A DNA stretch of 64,000 nt, taken from Candidatus Bathyarchaeum tardum (GTDB lineage Archaea > Thermoproteota > Bathyarchaeia > Bathyarchaeales > Bathyarchaeaceae). The notes beneath the pieces are model-generated. The model was given only the letters and a program-made list of their open reading frames with translations. It made no database searches and was not told where the DNA came from. Positions 19,467-29,178 of the stretch are shown here, in pieces. A program made the translations under genes and the position numbers. The DNA lies in contig CP122380.1 of assembly GCA_024650005.2 (NCBI GenBank), forward strand, positions 1,632,001-1,696,000. The letters run 5' to 3'. Position 1 is the first letter of the stretch; every line of letters begins with the position of its first letter.

Positions 19467-19751
19467 TTATCCCTCGTGGTTTCCAAATCGCATTCCTTTC
19501 AAGCCTTCGCTCCATTTTGTCAATGTGCCCAGGTAGTCTTTGGTCATGGAAAGGGCAGTTTCTTCGGGGATGCCTCCTTCTTTGAGAGTTTTGTAGAAGG
19601 TTGCAACGGATTTACCCATGTCTGCTGCTGCTTCAGGACTAAAGAAGGAATCAACAATTCCTTTAACTAATCCAGGCAATTCTTTAGATACTGCTGCCAA
19701 CAGGCCAGAGATTTCTTCTGGTTTTGGCATGTCGCTTTTGTGGTCGGTCAT
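19467..19751 (-). CDS. small helical hypothetical protein
   Basis: 94 aa with GAGGTGA SD; ATFYKTLKEGGIPEETA motif. Confidence 0.8.
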   Translation of the reverse strand: MTDHKSDMPKPEEISGLLAAVSKELPGLVKGIVDSFFSPEAAADMGKSVATFYKTLKEGGIPEETALSMTKDYLGTLTKWSEGLKGMRFGNHEG

Positions 19752-19834
19752 ACTTGTTCACCTCAAATACCATATACTCTGGATAGAATCTTTAGAGTTA
19801 TTGGATAATTTTGTCCAGTTACATGGTCAAACGG

Positions 19835-20251
19835 TCAAGGCAGCCGGTAACAGTTTCCGTCTTTTATCAGGGCTTTTGTTTCAATTAGATATTTTATTCT
19901 GTTTCGAACTGTGGTACGTGAAGCTTTTCCGCGTTGCCGCTTTATTTCTCGGGTGAGTTCGCTAACGTTTTTTGGTCCTTTCAAGGCGAGGTAGTTAAGG
20001 ATTATTTTATTGATTTCGTCTTTTAGTGAAACAGAATCGATGAGTTTTTTTGCAGAAACGATTCTGTTAAGGGTTTTAAGGGGTTCCCCGTACATTGCAG
20101 TTCCGATTTTGAGGTTTTGCAAAAAATCTACAACTTCGGGATATTGTTGGCTTTCTGTGAGAACGTTTTCCAGATAATTTAGACGACTTATTATCCAGTC
20201 TAGTTTCTGGTTAAGGTTCTTGAGTGAGTTGTCAATGTCTGACAAAGCCAA
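19835..20251 (-). CDS. wHTH transcriptional regulator with N-terminal coiled coil
   Basis: GPKNVSELTREIK...ASRTTVRNRIKYLIE ArsR-like HTH at the C-terminus. Confidence 0.8.
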   Translation of the reverse strand: MALSDIDNSLKNLNQKLDWIISRLNYLENVLTESQQYPEVVDFLQNLKIGTAMYGEPLKTLNRIVSAKKLIDSVSLKDEINKIILNYLALKGPKNVSELTREIKRQRGKASRTTVRNRIKYLIETKALIKDGNCYRLP

Positions 20252-20348
20252 TCAGACAAATAATAGCTGGAACAGATAATATGGCTTTTTCCCATAAAGA
20301 TTCAATATTTTGTTTATTTGAAAATGCAAATTAATTGAGTGAAAAGGC

Positions 20349-20810
20349 ATGCCTCATCCTGTGAAAGGGAGTAAACATGTTTACAGCTGGAGTAAGTGAA
20401 AAAAGAAAAGTTACGATTCCAAACGAGGAATCAAGTGAATAAGAGGGTTTGAAGCTTTCGGCAAAGTAATTCTAATTACATCCATAAGGGTTCAGGGGAT
20501 TTGCTTTGAACGCATTTTTCTTTTGGCAAAGTCACAGCTTTCAATTATTTTAGATCACAAGTCCGGACGCACGCAATTTCAGCTTATCCAAAGAAGAAAA
20601 TGTCAGGAGAGGAAAGAAAAATTATTGTTGAGCGAATTTGAACAACAAAATAGAAATCGTTGTTCGTTTGTAAACCTTGAAAAACATGATTTTACTGTCG
20701 GAGACCAGTTACTTTCGGTTAGGGGTAATTGTTTAACGTTGATTTATGTTGTAAATGGACCAATAATTGCTAGGGAAAAAACATGCCAAATTTTGCATAT
20801 TCAAATAAAA
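20349..20810 (+). pseudogene. degraded AbrB/SpoVT-like gene
   Basis: MPHPVKGSKHVYSWSK then a stop; fragments SEKRKVTIPNE and VGDQLLSVRG...GPII lie in different frames. Confidence 0.5.
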
Positions 20811-20819
20811 TATCCGATT

Positions 20820-21419
20820 TTACAGATTACAGACCATTTCGGTTACGCTTTTAAAACCCAACAGAAAACTAAAGGGGTAAGGAACTTTGTGAACCTCAAC
20901 TTCTTTAAAGCCAAAGCGCTCGTAGAGCTGTCTAGCCCGTGGATTTGTATCTACTACTTCAAGTTTGATTTGAGAAAATCCTTTTGACCGAGCATAGTTT
21001 AAAACAAAATGTAGCAGTTTACTTCCTACCCATTTACCGCGTTCGGTTTTGGATACCGCTAAACTCTCTAGATGAAGTTCTTTTGGTTTTGTTTTATTGG
21101 CAAGAACAAAGAACTTCGCAACAAAAACTGCTATAAAAGTTGCTAAATCAAATACATTAGATGTTTGTTTGAAGCAAGGGTCAATGAAACTTTTCTTGTC
21201 GTGTTCCAGTCCCGCAAAACCTACCAATTTTCCGTGTTTTAGGGCAACAACTGTTCGATCGTTCCGGAGACTTTTGGAAAGGAAATTTATCACTTTGGGT
21301 TTGTTGTCATAAAACTTGTTGAACTTAGCCCCAAAGGCATCATAAAATATGATAGCAACTTTAGCGTGTTGATTTTCTGTTACGCCAAATCTTAGTTCAA
21401 CACTCATTTTTGTATTCAT
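20820..21419 (-). CDS. GNAT family N-acetyltransferase
   Basis: LESLAVSKTERGKWVGSKLL and NPRARQLYERFGF motifs. Confidence 0.92.
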   Translation of the reverse strand: MNTKMSVELRFGVTENQHAKVAIIFYDAFGAKFNKFYDNKPKVINFLSKSLRNDRTVVALKHGKLVGFAGLEHDKKSFIDPCFKQTSNVFDLATFIAVFVAKFFVLANKTKPKELHLESLAVSKTERGKWVGSKLLHFVLNYARSKGFSQIKLEVVDTNPRARQLYERFGFKEVEVHKVPYPFSFLLGFKSVTEMVCNL

Positions 21420-21517
21420 CGGTGTTTACTATTTTGTTATTATTTCTTATTCCTTTGGGTGTTTGCATAAAATCTATCAAGGCTAAATGCACATTTGTTA
21501 AGATTGGGGTTTGTTGT

Positions 21518-21637
21518 TTGACAGAATATTGTTGTCCAGAGTGTAACGGAACTGCTGTCACGTGGGACATGCGAATTAAAAAAGCGGTTTGCCCAAAAGA
21601 TAACACGCCAGTTAACGAATTTATTCCTAGGCGTTAA
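21518..21637 (+). CDS. small Zn-finger-like protein, 39 aa
   Basis: TTG start; EYCCPECNG...VCPKDNT. Confidence 0.5.
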   Translation: MTEYCCPECNGTAVTWDMRIKKAVCPKDNTPVNEFIPRR

Positions 21638-21729
21638 TGTCTTGTAGCTCTGAGTCTACATAAAAAATACCGAAAAAGGGTGCAATTAACATCTACCTAG
21701 CTTGAGTTAGGTTAAACAGGTTATTGTTA

Positions 21730-22158
21730 CTAGTTTGTAAGCTGTTCAAGGGCTTGTTTTTCTTCCTTGAGGGCAGCAATCTCTTCTTCCAGTTTGCTAA
21801 TTTTTTTTATTGCCCCTTGTTTTAGTTCTTCTACTTGTGTTAGCAACTGTTCTTTCTGTTTTTCTAGCGTCCCAATTCGTTCCAATGTAACTGAGTTAGA
21901 GAAATTCTCTTTTAGACAAGTCCCATCATTTGCTTGAGGTTCAGGTGTAATCTCTTGTTCATTTTTTGAAAGTGATCCAATAACAGGATTAACAACTGTT
22001 GGGCAACTGCATGTTCTGCTGTTACTCTCGATTCGGGTCAAGCAGTATGGACAAGCAAGATATGTTTCTTTTGTTGGTGTGAAAATGAAATTAGTTACTA
22101 AAACTGGTTTTTCGAACTCTTTTTTGCAAGATTGGCGGGGGCACTTGATTTTTGTCAT
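21730..22158 (-). CDS. Zn-ribbon plus C-terminal coiled-coil protein
   Basis: CPRQSC...ACPYC and a heptad C-terminus. Confidence 0.75.
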   Translation of the reverse strand: MTKIKCPRQSCKKEFEKPVLVTNFIFTPTKETYLACPYCLTRIESNSRTCSCPTVVNPVIGSLSKNEQEITPEPQANDGTCLKENFSNSVTLERIGTLEKQKEQLLTQVEELKQGAIKKISKLEEEIAALKEEKQALEQLTN

Positions 22159-22339
22159 GCTTACCTGTTTGCTGTTGTGTATTTTTGGATATTATCACTT
22201 GTTACGGCTTGGTGAATATTCTAATTTATGACATGTTACGATTTTTGACTGTTTTTAGAAGATTTTAGTTTGCTTAATGTATCTGATTCAGTAATAAAGA
22301 ATATATTAAATCTGCAGACAGGATTTATTGTTGGTGAAA

Positions 22340-22483
22340 ATGCTGTCTGTTAAAGAACTGAAAAATAAAATCAAAAAACTTCAAAGCGAAAAAAAGCAAC
22401 TTAACAATGAACTTATCCGCTTAAGGTTAGAAATAGACGAAAAAGCATTGCACCTAGAACAAGAAGTTGCTCCAGCAAAATGA
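22340..22483 (+). CDS. small coiled-coil protein, 47 aa, not in the ORF track
   Basis: GGTGA SD then MLSVKELKNKIKKLQSEKKQLNNELIRLRLEIDEKALHLEQEVAPAK. Confidence 0.6.
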   Translation: MLSVKELKNKIKKLQSEKKQLNNELIRLRLEIDEKALHLEQEVAPAK

Positions 22484-22557
22484 AATAAACCCCGGTTAAA
22501 GGGCGTTTTAAGCTGCCAAATAAGAATAAAAATCAGTTAAACTTGCTTGGGTTTTTT

Positions 22558-22803
22558 TCAGAAGTTATTTTTGCTGTTTTTTAATTGTTCTAAATCCATT
22601 TGAAGTTTCAGGTTTTCCTGCTTTAACCGTGCGATCTGGTTTTGCATATGGCTGAAGGTTTGGACAACCGTGTTCATACACGACTCACATAGGTGAACTT
22701 GGTTTTCTTTTTGTTCTTTTGTTACTTCAACGCCTGACAATTTTAGGTCACACACATACAATCTGTGGTGTAAAGTAAAATTGTTTTCCCTACAAGAATA
22801 CAA
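22558..22803 (-). CDS. small coiled-coil protein with LCESC motif
   Basis: QIARLKQENLKLQMDLEQLK heptads; true start probably internal. Confidence 0.5.
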   Translation of the reverse strand: MYSCRENNFTLHHRLYVCDLKLSGVEVTKEQKENQVHLCESCMNTVVQTFSHMQNQIARLKQENLKLQMDLEQLKNSKNNF

Positions 22804-22883
22804 ATTAAGTTATAATCAAAGTACCAGAAGGCTGCTAAGAGAAAATATCTTGCCTCGACATCTCAGTTATAATCGATCATAAA

Positions 22884-23075
22884 TTATATGCGGGTTAAGG
22901 TAATCGGTTTTTTGCACGCTTTACAAACTAGCCGTTTGCCTTTCACGTCACTAAGGCGATAAAGGGTTACCCGTCCGCAGCTTTTGCATTTTGCAGACCG
23001 AATCTTTTTTTCTTCTCGTTTTCGGATAGAATGATTCAAACTTACGAAATCTCGATGTGAGTTGTCTTTTGGCAA
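22884..23075 (-). CDS. small basic Zn-ribbon protein
   Basis: CKSCG...CKACK. Confidence 0.6.
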   Translation of the reverse strand: MPKDNSHRDFVSLNHSIRKREEKKIRSAKCKSCGRVTLYRLSDVKGKRLVCKACKKPITLTRI

Positions 23076-23193
23076 ATCCGGTTCCCTTGTTTAAGACTTT
23101 TAGAACAGATTCAATATAATGTTTCAGAACCAAGGATACCGATGATAAATACACAGGATCCTTAAACTCAGCATAATTCAATTTGTTGAATCT

Positions 23194-23634
23194 TTAAGGG
23201 GCAACAGTTGTTCCCAAATTTTTGAATTTCTTCAATTTTTTGGAGCCTTTTGCATCTGAAAGCTGTAAAATGAACTGATCGCCTTGTTTGCTTTTCGCTA
23301 TGAAATCCAGAAACTTTTTGAACTGCAGAAATTGCTCTGAAGTCATTTTATCAATCTGGGTTTTGATTTTTTGTTTTTCCAAAAGAAGAGTTATAGCATT
23401 TTTTCCTTTGTCAGTAAGGGCGTATTTTTCTATGCCTTGTTTTCGTTTAGGCTTTAGCACAACATGGTTTATGTCGATTAGATCATTCAAGTAATCATTT
23501 ACAGTTTCTTTTGGAGCATCACAGACTTCAACTATCTGCATGAAATTAGCTGACTTGTTCAAAAGGAAAGCTTGGATTTGAAAACAAATTTTTTCTTTAG
23601 TTGTTGCTTGTTCAGACAAAACGACCACAATCAA
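23194..23634 (-). CDS. winged-helix DNA-binding protein
   Basis: NFMQIVEVCDAPKETVNDYLNDLI...KYALTDKG. Confidence 0.75.
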   Translation of the reverse strand: MIVVVLSEQATTKEKICFQIQAFLLNKSANFMQIVEVCDAPKETVNDYLNDLIDINHVVLKPKRKQGIEKYALTDKGKNAITLLLEKQKIKTQIDKMTSEQFLQFKKFLDFIAKSKQGDQFILQLSDAKGSKKLKKFKNLGTTVAP

Positions 23635-23769
23635 GGTTTAACTAACTTTAGATTCCAGACCAATATTATGCTTGTGCAACAAAAAAGCCAAGTTCAAAGC
23701 AAAGCAAGTTTCATTATTGTGAATTCATAAAATTATAAAAACCACCAAATAACTTAGTACCCAGAACGC

Positions 23770-24396
23770 TTGATGTTAATACAAAAAAGCAGTGGTCAAA
23801 ATTCACAAAAAGAGTTTACTCAGGATTTGGCTAATTTCATTTCGATATTTGTTGCCCCGCCTACTGTAGCCATAATTGCGACAATTTGTTTCTCTTTATG
23901 GTCACCCATTGGTTTAGGTTCCCTATCTGTGCCCTTCACAATTTTTCTGTGCGTTTTGTGTTTTGCCTTCTTCCCGTTTTTGGCGATTCTTTATTTTAAA
24001 CACAAAAAAACAGTTGACATATACGTTTCCCAAAGAACTGCCCGAACTCCTTTCTTCTTAATTGCTATAGCAAGCTACTCAGCAGCTGCAATAATTTTCT
24101 CAATTACTGACACAAAAATAATGTTTCTTTTGGCTTTGGGTTCCTTGTTTGTTTCAATAATTGCCATGGGAATCAACCTGTTCTGGAAAGTTAGTATCCA
24201 CACTGCTGGAGTAACCGGACCAATTTTTGCCCTAGTTTTCGTGTTTGGCGCAACTGCCCTACCCCTAGCATCAATTGTCGGACTAGTAGGATGGTCCAGA
24301 ATAAAACTAAAAAATCACACGTTTGGTCAAACTCTGGCAGGAACCTTACTTTCGTTGACAGTTGGGTTTGTTTTGTTCGCTACCCTATATTACTAA
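23770..24396 (+). CDS. PAP2-superfamily membrane protein
   Basis: Multiple TMs; WKVSIHTAG and WSRIKLKNHTFGQ motifs. Confidence 0.8.
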   Translation: MMLIQKSSGQNSQKEFTQDLANFISIFVAPPTVAIIATICFSLWSPIGLGSLSVPFTIFLCVLCFAFFPFLAILYFKHKKTVDIYVSQRTARTPFFLIAIASYSAAAIIFSITDTKIMFLLALGSLFVSIIAMGINLFWKVSIHTAGVTGPIFALVFVFGATALPLASIVGLVGWSRIKLKNHTFGQTLAGTLLSLTVGFVLFATLYY

Positions 24397-24529
24397 ATGA
24401 GCGGACAGTAGTATTTTTAACAATTAGATGCTCTAAGAAAGTCTTCTCTTCATTGGATGGAATACCAAAAACTTATAGTATAACTAGCCTTTTTGGTTCA
24501 CATAACGGTTATTTTTCGGAGCTTTTAAA

Positions 24530-27031
24530 ATGAAAAAAACCCAAACTCCTCACCTCAGGATTGTTGCTACTTTGGCGGCTATCCTGTTAGTTTCCAGTTT
24601 TGTTCTGATTCCAAGTTTCCAAGTTAACGCTCAATCAACAGAAAACAGTGTCCAAAACCTGTTGCAGTATGAATGGACTCAAGTAAGCGGAAATTCAGAT
24701 ACTGCTCGTTTTTCAGAAAGCCCGGCTCCTTCAACTTCAGACATTTTGTGGAAAGCCAACATAACCAATATTCATAGTTACATTTCCGCCTTTAATGGTA
24801 TGGTTTTTGTTTCTTCTGATACCACAGTTTTTGCCCTTGATCCTGAAACAGGAGAAACAGTGTGGGAGACCCAAATCGAAATGAAAGGAACCTGGCCAAT
24901 AGTTTACAAAATTGACAGCACCCACATGATAGTACAAGGAACCTGCCTAAACCCCCAAACGGGAGAAATCTTGTGGACCAGCAGTTCTTTTAATGCTGAC
25001 ACGGGACTGTACAACAATCAAGTTTACAGTCCTGAAGAAAAAATGTTCTACATCAAAAACCTGTCATACATTGAAGCATGGAACTTTTCTGACCCTTCTA
25101 AACCTCCGACTTTTGAATGGGAAACCTATATCCCCGGAAGCGGCATAGTTGGAATAGGATTAACTTACGGAGACGGAAAGATTTTCCCAGGTTCCTTCCA
25201 GTCTATGCAATTCGCCTTGGATGCTAAAACAGGTGAAATCCTTTGGAGCACCCGAACCAAAGCCCCTATGATTTTTTCTGGTTCCTATTCTAACGGCATG
25301 TTTGTTCGAGGAGGAACAGATGATAACACTATGTATTGTTTCAATGCTACAACTGGAGAAATCTTGTGGACATACACTCCAGCAACGAATGGGTACTTTA
25401 CATCAGGAACTGCAGTCGGGTATGGCATGGTTTATGAACCCAACAAGGACGGAAACGTTTACGCTATTAACATGGAAACTGGAGAGTTAGTTTGGAGTTA
25501 TCAAGGTCCCGGAACGATGCTGTTTCCAGGAATGGCAACAGTAGCAGACGGCAAAGTTTACGTAACCAGCGGGCAAGACGCGTCCTTTGGTCAAGAAATT
25601 GGAAAGTCCGAATTTGTTTGTTTAGATGCATTCACAGGTGAGGTTATTTGGTCTCTTCCCATGGAGGCTTTTGCGCCTCGAGAGTCTGTAATTGTAGCAT
25701 ATGGCAAATTGTTTGTTATTCCAGGCGACATTACCACTGCCATTGATTCCTTGTCTGGAAACGAGTATGACAATATCGATCAAATATGGGCTTTTGGAAC
25801 TAGCTCGTCTGATTCCGGGGGTTCATGGCCAATGTTCAGAAACGATGCTAAACGTTCTTCAATTGGTAATGAAGGTCCCTCAAGTTTACGCATTGTTTGG
25901 AGTTACGAAACAGAAGGGGCAGTTATTTCTTCCCCCAGTGTAGTAAACGGGATTGTGTATGCTGGTTCGCAGGACATGAACATTTATGCAGTTGACGCAA
26001 CTAATGGTGATTTGGTCTGGAAGTATCAAACAAATGGCACCATCGAGTCCAGTCCCGCAGTAGTGGATGGCAAACTGTTTATTGTTAGTGACGACGGTTT
26101 TCTTTACTGTTTAGATGCGTATCAGGGTTACTTGATATGGAAAACTTACGTCAACGCTGATTTGCCCGTTATTTCCGGTGCAGCAGTCATGTTGCGTTCT
26201 TCTCCAGCAGTAGTAGGTAAATTCGTGTATGTTGGTTCAGTTGATGGAACCCTGTATGCCGTAAACACCGACAACGGCAACCCAGCATGGACCTATGAAA
26301 CAGAAGGAATAATCAAGTCGTCCCCAACAGTTGCTGACGGGGCGTTGTATTTTACTTCAGAAGAACCCAACGAAGGTGCCCTTTACAAACTTGACGCAAA
26401 AGATGGAACCTTAGTTTGGAGAAAAACCTTAGAGTATAACCGCCCTTACATTGGCGGAAGCGACATGCAAGGCACCCCAACGGTTGCAGACGGCATGGTG
26501 TTTGTTTCTAGCAACGTACGGGACTATTACGCATTAGATGTTAATTCAGGAGAAACCATATGGTCTTATTCAAACCCCAGCGCCGTAGAATTCATTGTTT
26601 CTTCACCCATCTATGTTGACGGGAAAGTCTATATCATTGACAAGTTTGACGTAGCTTGCTTAAACGCAACAACCGGAGAAAAACTGTGGCGATCATATTC
26701 CGGAGACGAACTTTATGTTTCACCCTCCTATGCCAGCGGCAACATTTACTTAGTAACCAGTCAACGCCACATTTTTATCATAGACGCCGAAACATGCAAC
26801 AAAACTTTGGCGTATACAACATCTGCGGTGAGTTGGTCTTCCCCTGCTGTAGTAGACGGAAAATTGTATATCGGAAACAACGATTGGAACATTTACTGTT
26901 TTGCTGAAGATACAACAAACAATATCGAGGATACTGAGGTTTCCTTTGATGCCATTGTGTATACATTGATTGTTGTTGCAACGGTTGTCATGGTGGTTTA
27001 TGCTTATTTCAAGTTATACAAAAAGCAGTGA
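24530..27031 (+). CDS. surface PQQ-like (BamB-type) beta-propeller repeat protein
   Basis: Signal peptide, many AxDxxTGExxW and SSPAVVDG repeats forming about two propellers, C-terminal TM anchor. Confidence 0.92.
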   Translation: MKKTQTPHLRIVATLAAILLVSSFVLIPSFQVNAQSTENSVQNLLQYEWTQVSGNSDTARFSESPAPSTSDILWKANITNIHSYISAFNGMVFVSSDTTVFALDPETGETVWETQIEMKGTWPIVYKIDSTHMIVQGTCLNPQTGEILWTSSSFNADTGLYNNQVYSPEEKMFYIKNLSYIEAWNFSDPSKPPTFEWETYIPGSGIVGIGLTYGDGKIFPGSFQSMQFALDAKTGEILWSTRTKAPMIFSGSYSNGMFVRGGTDDNTMYCFNATTGEILWTYTPATNGYFTSGTAVGYGMVYEPNKDGNVYAINMETGELVWSYQGPGTMLFPGMATVADGKVYVTSGQDASFGQEIGKSEFVCLDAFTGEVIWSLPMEAFAPRESVIVAYGKLFVIPGDITTAIDSLSGNEYDNIDQIWAFGTSSSDSGGSWPMFRNDAKRSSIGNEGPSSLRIVWSYETEGAVISSPSVVNGIVYAGSQDMNIYAVDATNGDLVWKYQTNGTIESSPAVVDGKLFIVSDDGFLYCLDAYQGYLIWKTYVNADLPVISGAAVMLRSSPAVVGKFVYVGSVDGTLYAVNTDNGNPAWTYETEGIIKSSPTVADGALYFTSEEPNEGALYKLDAKDGTLVWRKTLEYNRPYIGGSDMQGTPTVADGMVFVSSNVRDYYALDVNSGETIWSYSNPSAVEFIVSSPIYVDGKVYIIDKFDVACLNATTGEKLWRSYSGDELYVSPSYASGNIYLVTSQRHIFIIDAETCNKTLAYTTSAVSWSSPAVVDGKLYIGNNDWNIYCFAEDTTNNIEDTEVSFDAIVYTLIVVATVVMVVYAYFKLYKKQ

Positions 27032-27061
27032 CTTGAAGGCGTAATGTTCTAGAAGTTAAGA

Positions 27062-27139
27062 TGGTGGGCCGGACCGGATTTGAACCGGCGACCTTCTGCA
27101 CGTCAAGCAGATGTCCTAACCGAGCTAGACGACCGGCCC
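27062..27139 (-). tRNA. tRNA-Val(GAC)
   Basis: GGGCCGG/CCGGCCC acceptor; anticodon arm TCTGC-TTGACGT-GCAGA; GTTCAAATC T-loop; encoded CCA; no intron. Confidence 0.97.
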
Positions 27140-27282
27140 TATAACTCCATTTAGGATGTTTTTCTGGTATTTAAGTTTCAGTTTTTTGAATGAACCTGAA
27201 ACGCAAGGATTAATAACCAAAACACTGATTTTTTTTCTCCCATAACGCTTAATAGCGTTCTTGTCAGGTGTAAAATAACAAT

Positions 27283-27359
27283 GGGCGAGTAGATCAGCCT
27301 GGAAGATCGCAACGTTGGCATCGTTGAGGCCGCGGGTTCAAACCCCGCCTCGTCCACCA
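27283..27359 (+). tRNA. tRNA-Ala(GGC)
   Basis: GGGCGAG/CTCGTCC acceptor with G3:U70; anticodon arm CAACG-TTGGCAT-CGTTG; encoded CCA. Confidence 0.97.
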
Positions 27360-27679
27360 ATAATGAACTTGCCAATTTTTTAAAAAAAAAGACCTTCAAA
27401 TTAATATAGAATCTAAATCTAAGGATATTCTGAGAGAACATTTGAAGGGCATTCTTGACGGTTAAAGATGTTAGCCAAGAATACAAACTTGGATATTCTC
27501 AAAGCGTGAAAAACTTCATTAAAAAACAAGAAGGAGGGTCTAATGCATAAGAAGTACGAACAATGGATCAAAATGGAGTTGAAATTTTGACCAATCGGGT
27601 TAAAGCCAATTTGCATACCTCATTTAGGTATCAATCAGTTTTTTAGGTTAGGATCGAATTATTTTAACGGTGATTTGGC

Positions 27680-28735
27680 ATGGACACTGATGTTGTTGGT
27701 TTACTTAAGTCCAATATTATTGGTGATTTGAATGATTTTTTGGTTAATGGTATGGGCATTTCTGACGTTTTAGGGAATGTTGGTAGGGTTGCTGTTAAGT
27801 TGCATATGGGGGAGTTTGGTAATTTGCATTATGTTAGGCCGCCTTTGGTTGGGAGGCTGGTTGAGGTGTTACAGGGGTTGGGTAATGAGGTGTTTTTGTT
27901 TGATACTCCAACATTGTATGATGGAAGCAGAGGCACTGTGGAAGGCCACTATGATACTGCTAGACGAAACGGCTTCACGGAACAGGTAATCGGATGTCCC
28001 ATTGTAATTTCTGATGAATCAGTTCAAGTTCCAAGCGATGGTGTATTGGGTCACATTAACGTGGCAAAACATCTCCTAGACGCAGACGCTATGCTAGTAC
28101 TGAGCCATGGCAAAGGTCACCCCGACATCGGATTTGGGGGAGCCATCAAAAACCTTGCCATGGGTGCAACCAACAAACAAACTAAACGTGACCTGCACAA
28201 AAAACCTAAACCCACTCTTGGAGGTGAATGCACAGGATGCAGAACCTGTGAAGAATTGTGCCCGTTAGGTGCCGCAAGTGTTGTTGATTCCTGTGTACAG
28301 TTCAAATATGACAACTGTTTTGGATGTGGAGTCTGCGTTAGCCAATGCCCCACTAAAGCCCTAACACAACAAGTAACAATTGAAGAACTCTTCGCAGAAA
28401 CCTATGTCGCAATAAAAAATCAGTTCCAAAACAAACCCACCTTTTTCATGACCGTCCTTATGGACATTACCCCTAGATGTGACTGTTTGCCCGTAGGCGG
28501 AACAGATGAGGGCTTTCCCATATGTCCAGACGTTGGAGTCTTGGCTGCATATGATGCCCAAAAAATTGACGAAGCTTCAATACAGCTTCTTCAGCGTAAT
28601 TGTGGAAACAAATTACACGAAATGCATCATAAAGATCCAATGACCACTCTTGAATTGATAAAATCCAAAACAACCAAAACAGAGCATTACAGAATCTACG
28701 ACTATCAAGTAAAACGGTTTCTCAACCCAACGTGA
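27680..28735 (+). CDS. DUF362-family Fe-S protein with 2[4Fe-4S] ferredoxin domain
   Basis: VAVKLHMGE, SHGKGH, FGGAIKNLAMG, two CxxCxxCxxxCP, ITPRCDC. Confidence 0.9.
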   Translation: MDTDVVGLLKSNIIGDLNDFLVNGMGISDVLGNVGRVAVKLHMGEFGNLHYVRPPLVGRLVEVLQGLGNEVFLFDTPTLYDGSRGTVEGHYDTARRNGFTEQVIGCPIVISDESVQVPSDGVLGHINVAKHLLDADAMLVLSHGKGHPDIGFGGAIKNLAMGATNKQTKRDLHKKPKPTLGGECTGCRTCEELCPLGAASVVDSCVQFKYDNCFGCGVCVSQCPTKALTQQVTIEELFAETYVAIKNQFQNKPTFFMTVLMDITPRCDCLPVGGTDEGFPICPDVGVLAAYDAQKIDEASIQLLQRNCGNKLHEMHHKDPMTTLELIKSKTTKTEHYRIYDYQVKRFLNPT

Positions 28736-29178
28736 TATTTGCTTTAAGAGCAAAATTAACCAAAAAATGTCATATTAGTACAGTTTACTACCTAGTCTTT
28801 TTTCTGAGAAAACAAAGGTAATTTGTTGAAAAAAGATATTATTATTCCAAAAATTTAATTTGAGAATTTTTAAACCAGTAAACATGTCCAAGCGTTTTCT
28901 GATATTAATGATTTTTAATAATTTATTGTTGGATGTTGTTTACATTGTTTCTAGTGTCCATTTTTGGGATGAAATGAATAAAAATTCCTTATCAACTTTA
29001 AAATATCAAAACATATCAAGAGTAATTATAGTAAAACAAGGACGCTTCTTAATTTAATTTGATTCATATCTAATATTTCTCATTATTCAATAGCAAAAAA
29101 ATTCTAATTTGGAATCGATGTAAATTCAGTGCCTACTTTTATCTCTAGTAATTGAATTCACAAATAACTAGAAATTTT

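Noticed and set aside
20523-20987. 154-aa ORF as an intact gene
   Set aside because: It overlaps the GNAT gene antisense and only its middle part looks like a fragment of the decayed AbrB-like gene
24530-27031. Internal repeats as a DNA repeat element or a true PQQ dehydrogenase
   Set aside because: Repeats are protein-level propeller blades and no dehydrogenase-specific motifs were recognised
27178-27486. 102-aa minus-strand ORF
   Set aside because: It is antisense to tRNA-Ala; the VDEAGFEPAAS segment is a typical tRNA shadow translation
27032-27680. Integrated element at tRNA-Val, tRNA-Ala or tRNA-Cys
   Set aside because: No duplicated tRNA 3' end (att site) or integrase found by eye in the window
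28860-29057. 65-aa ORF in the AT-rich patch
   Set aside because: No motif or SD; may be a remnant but cannot be supported
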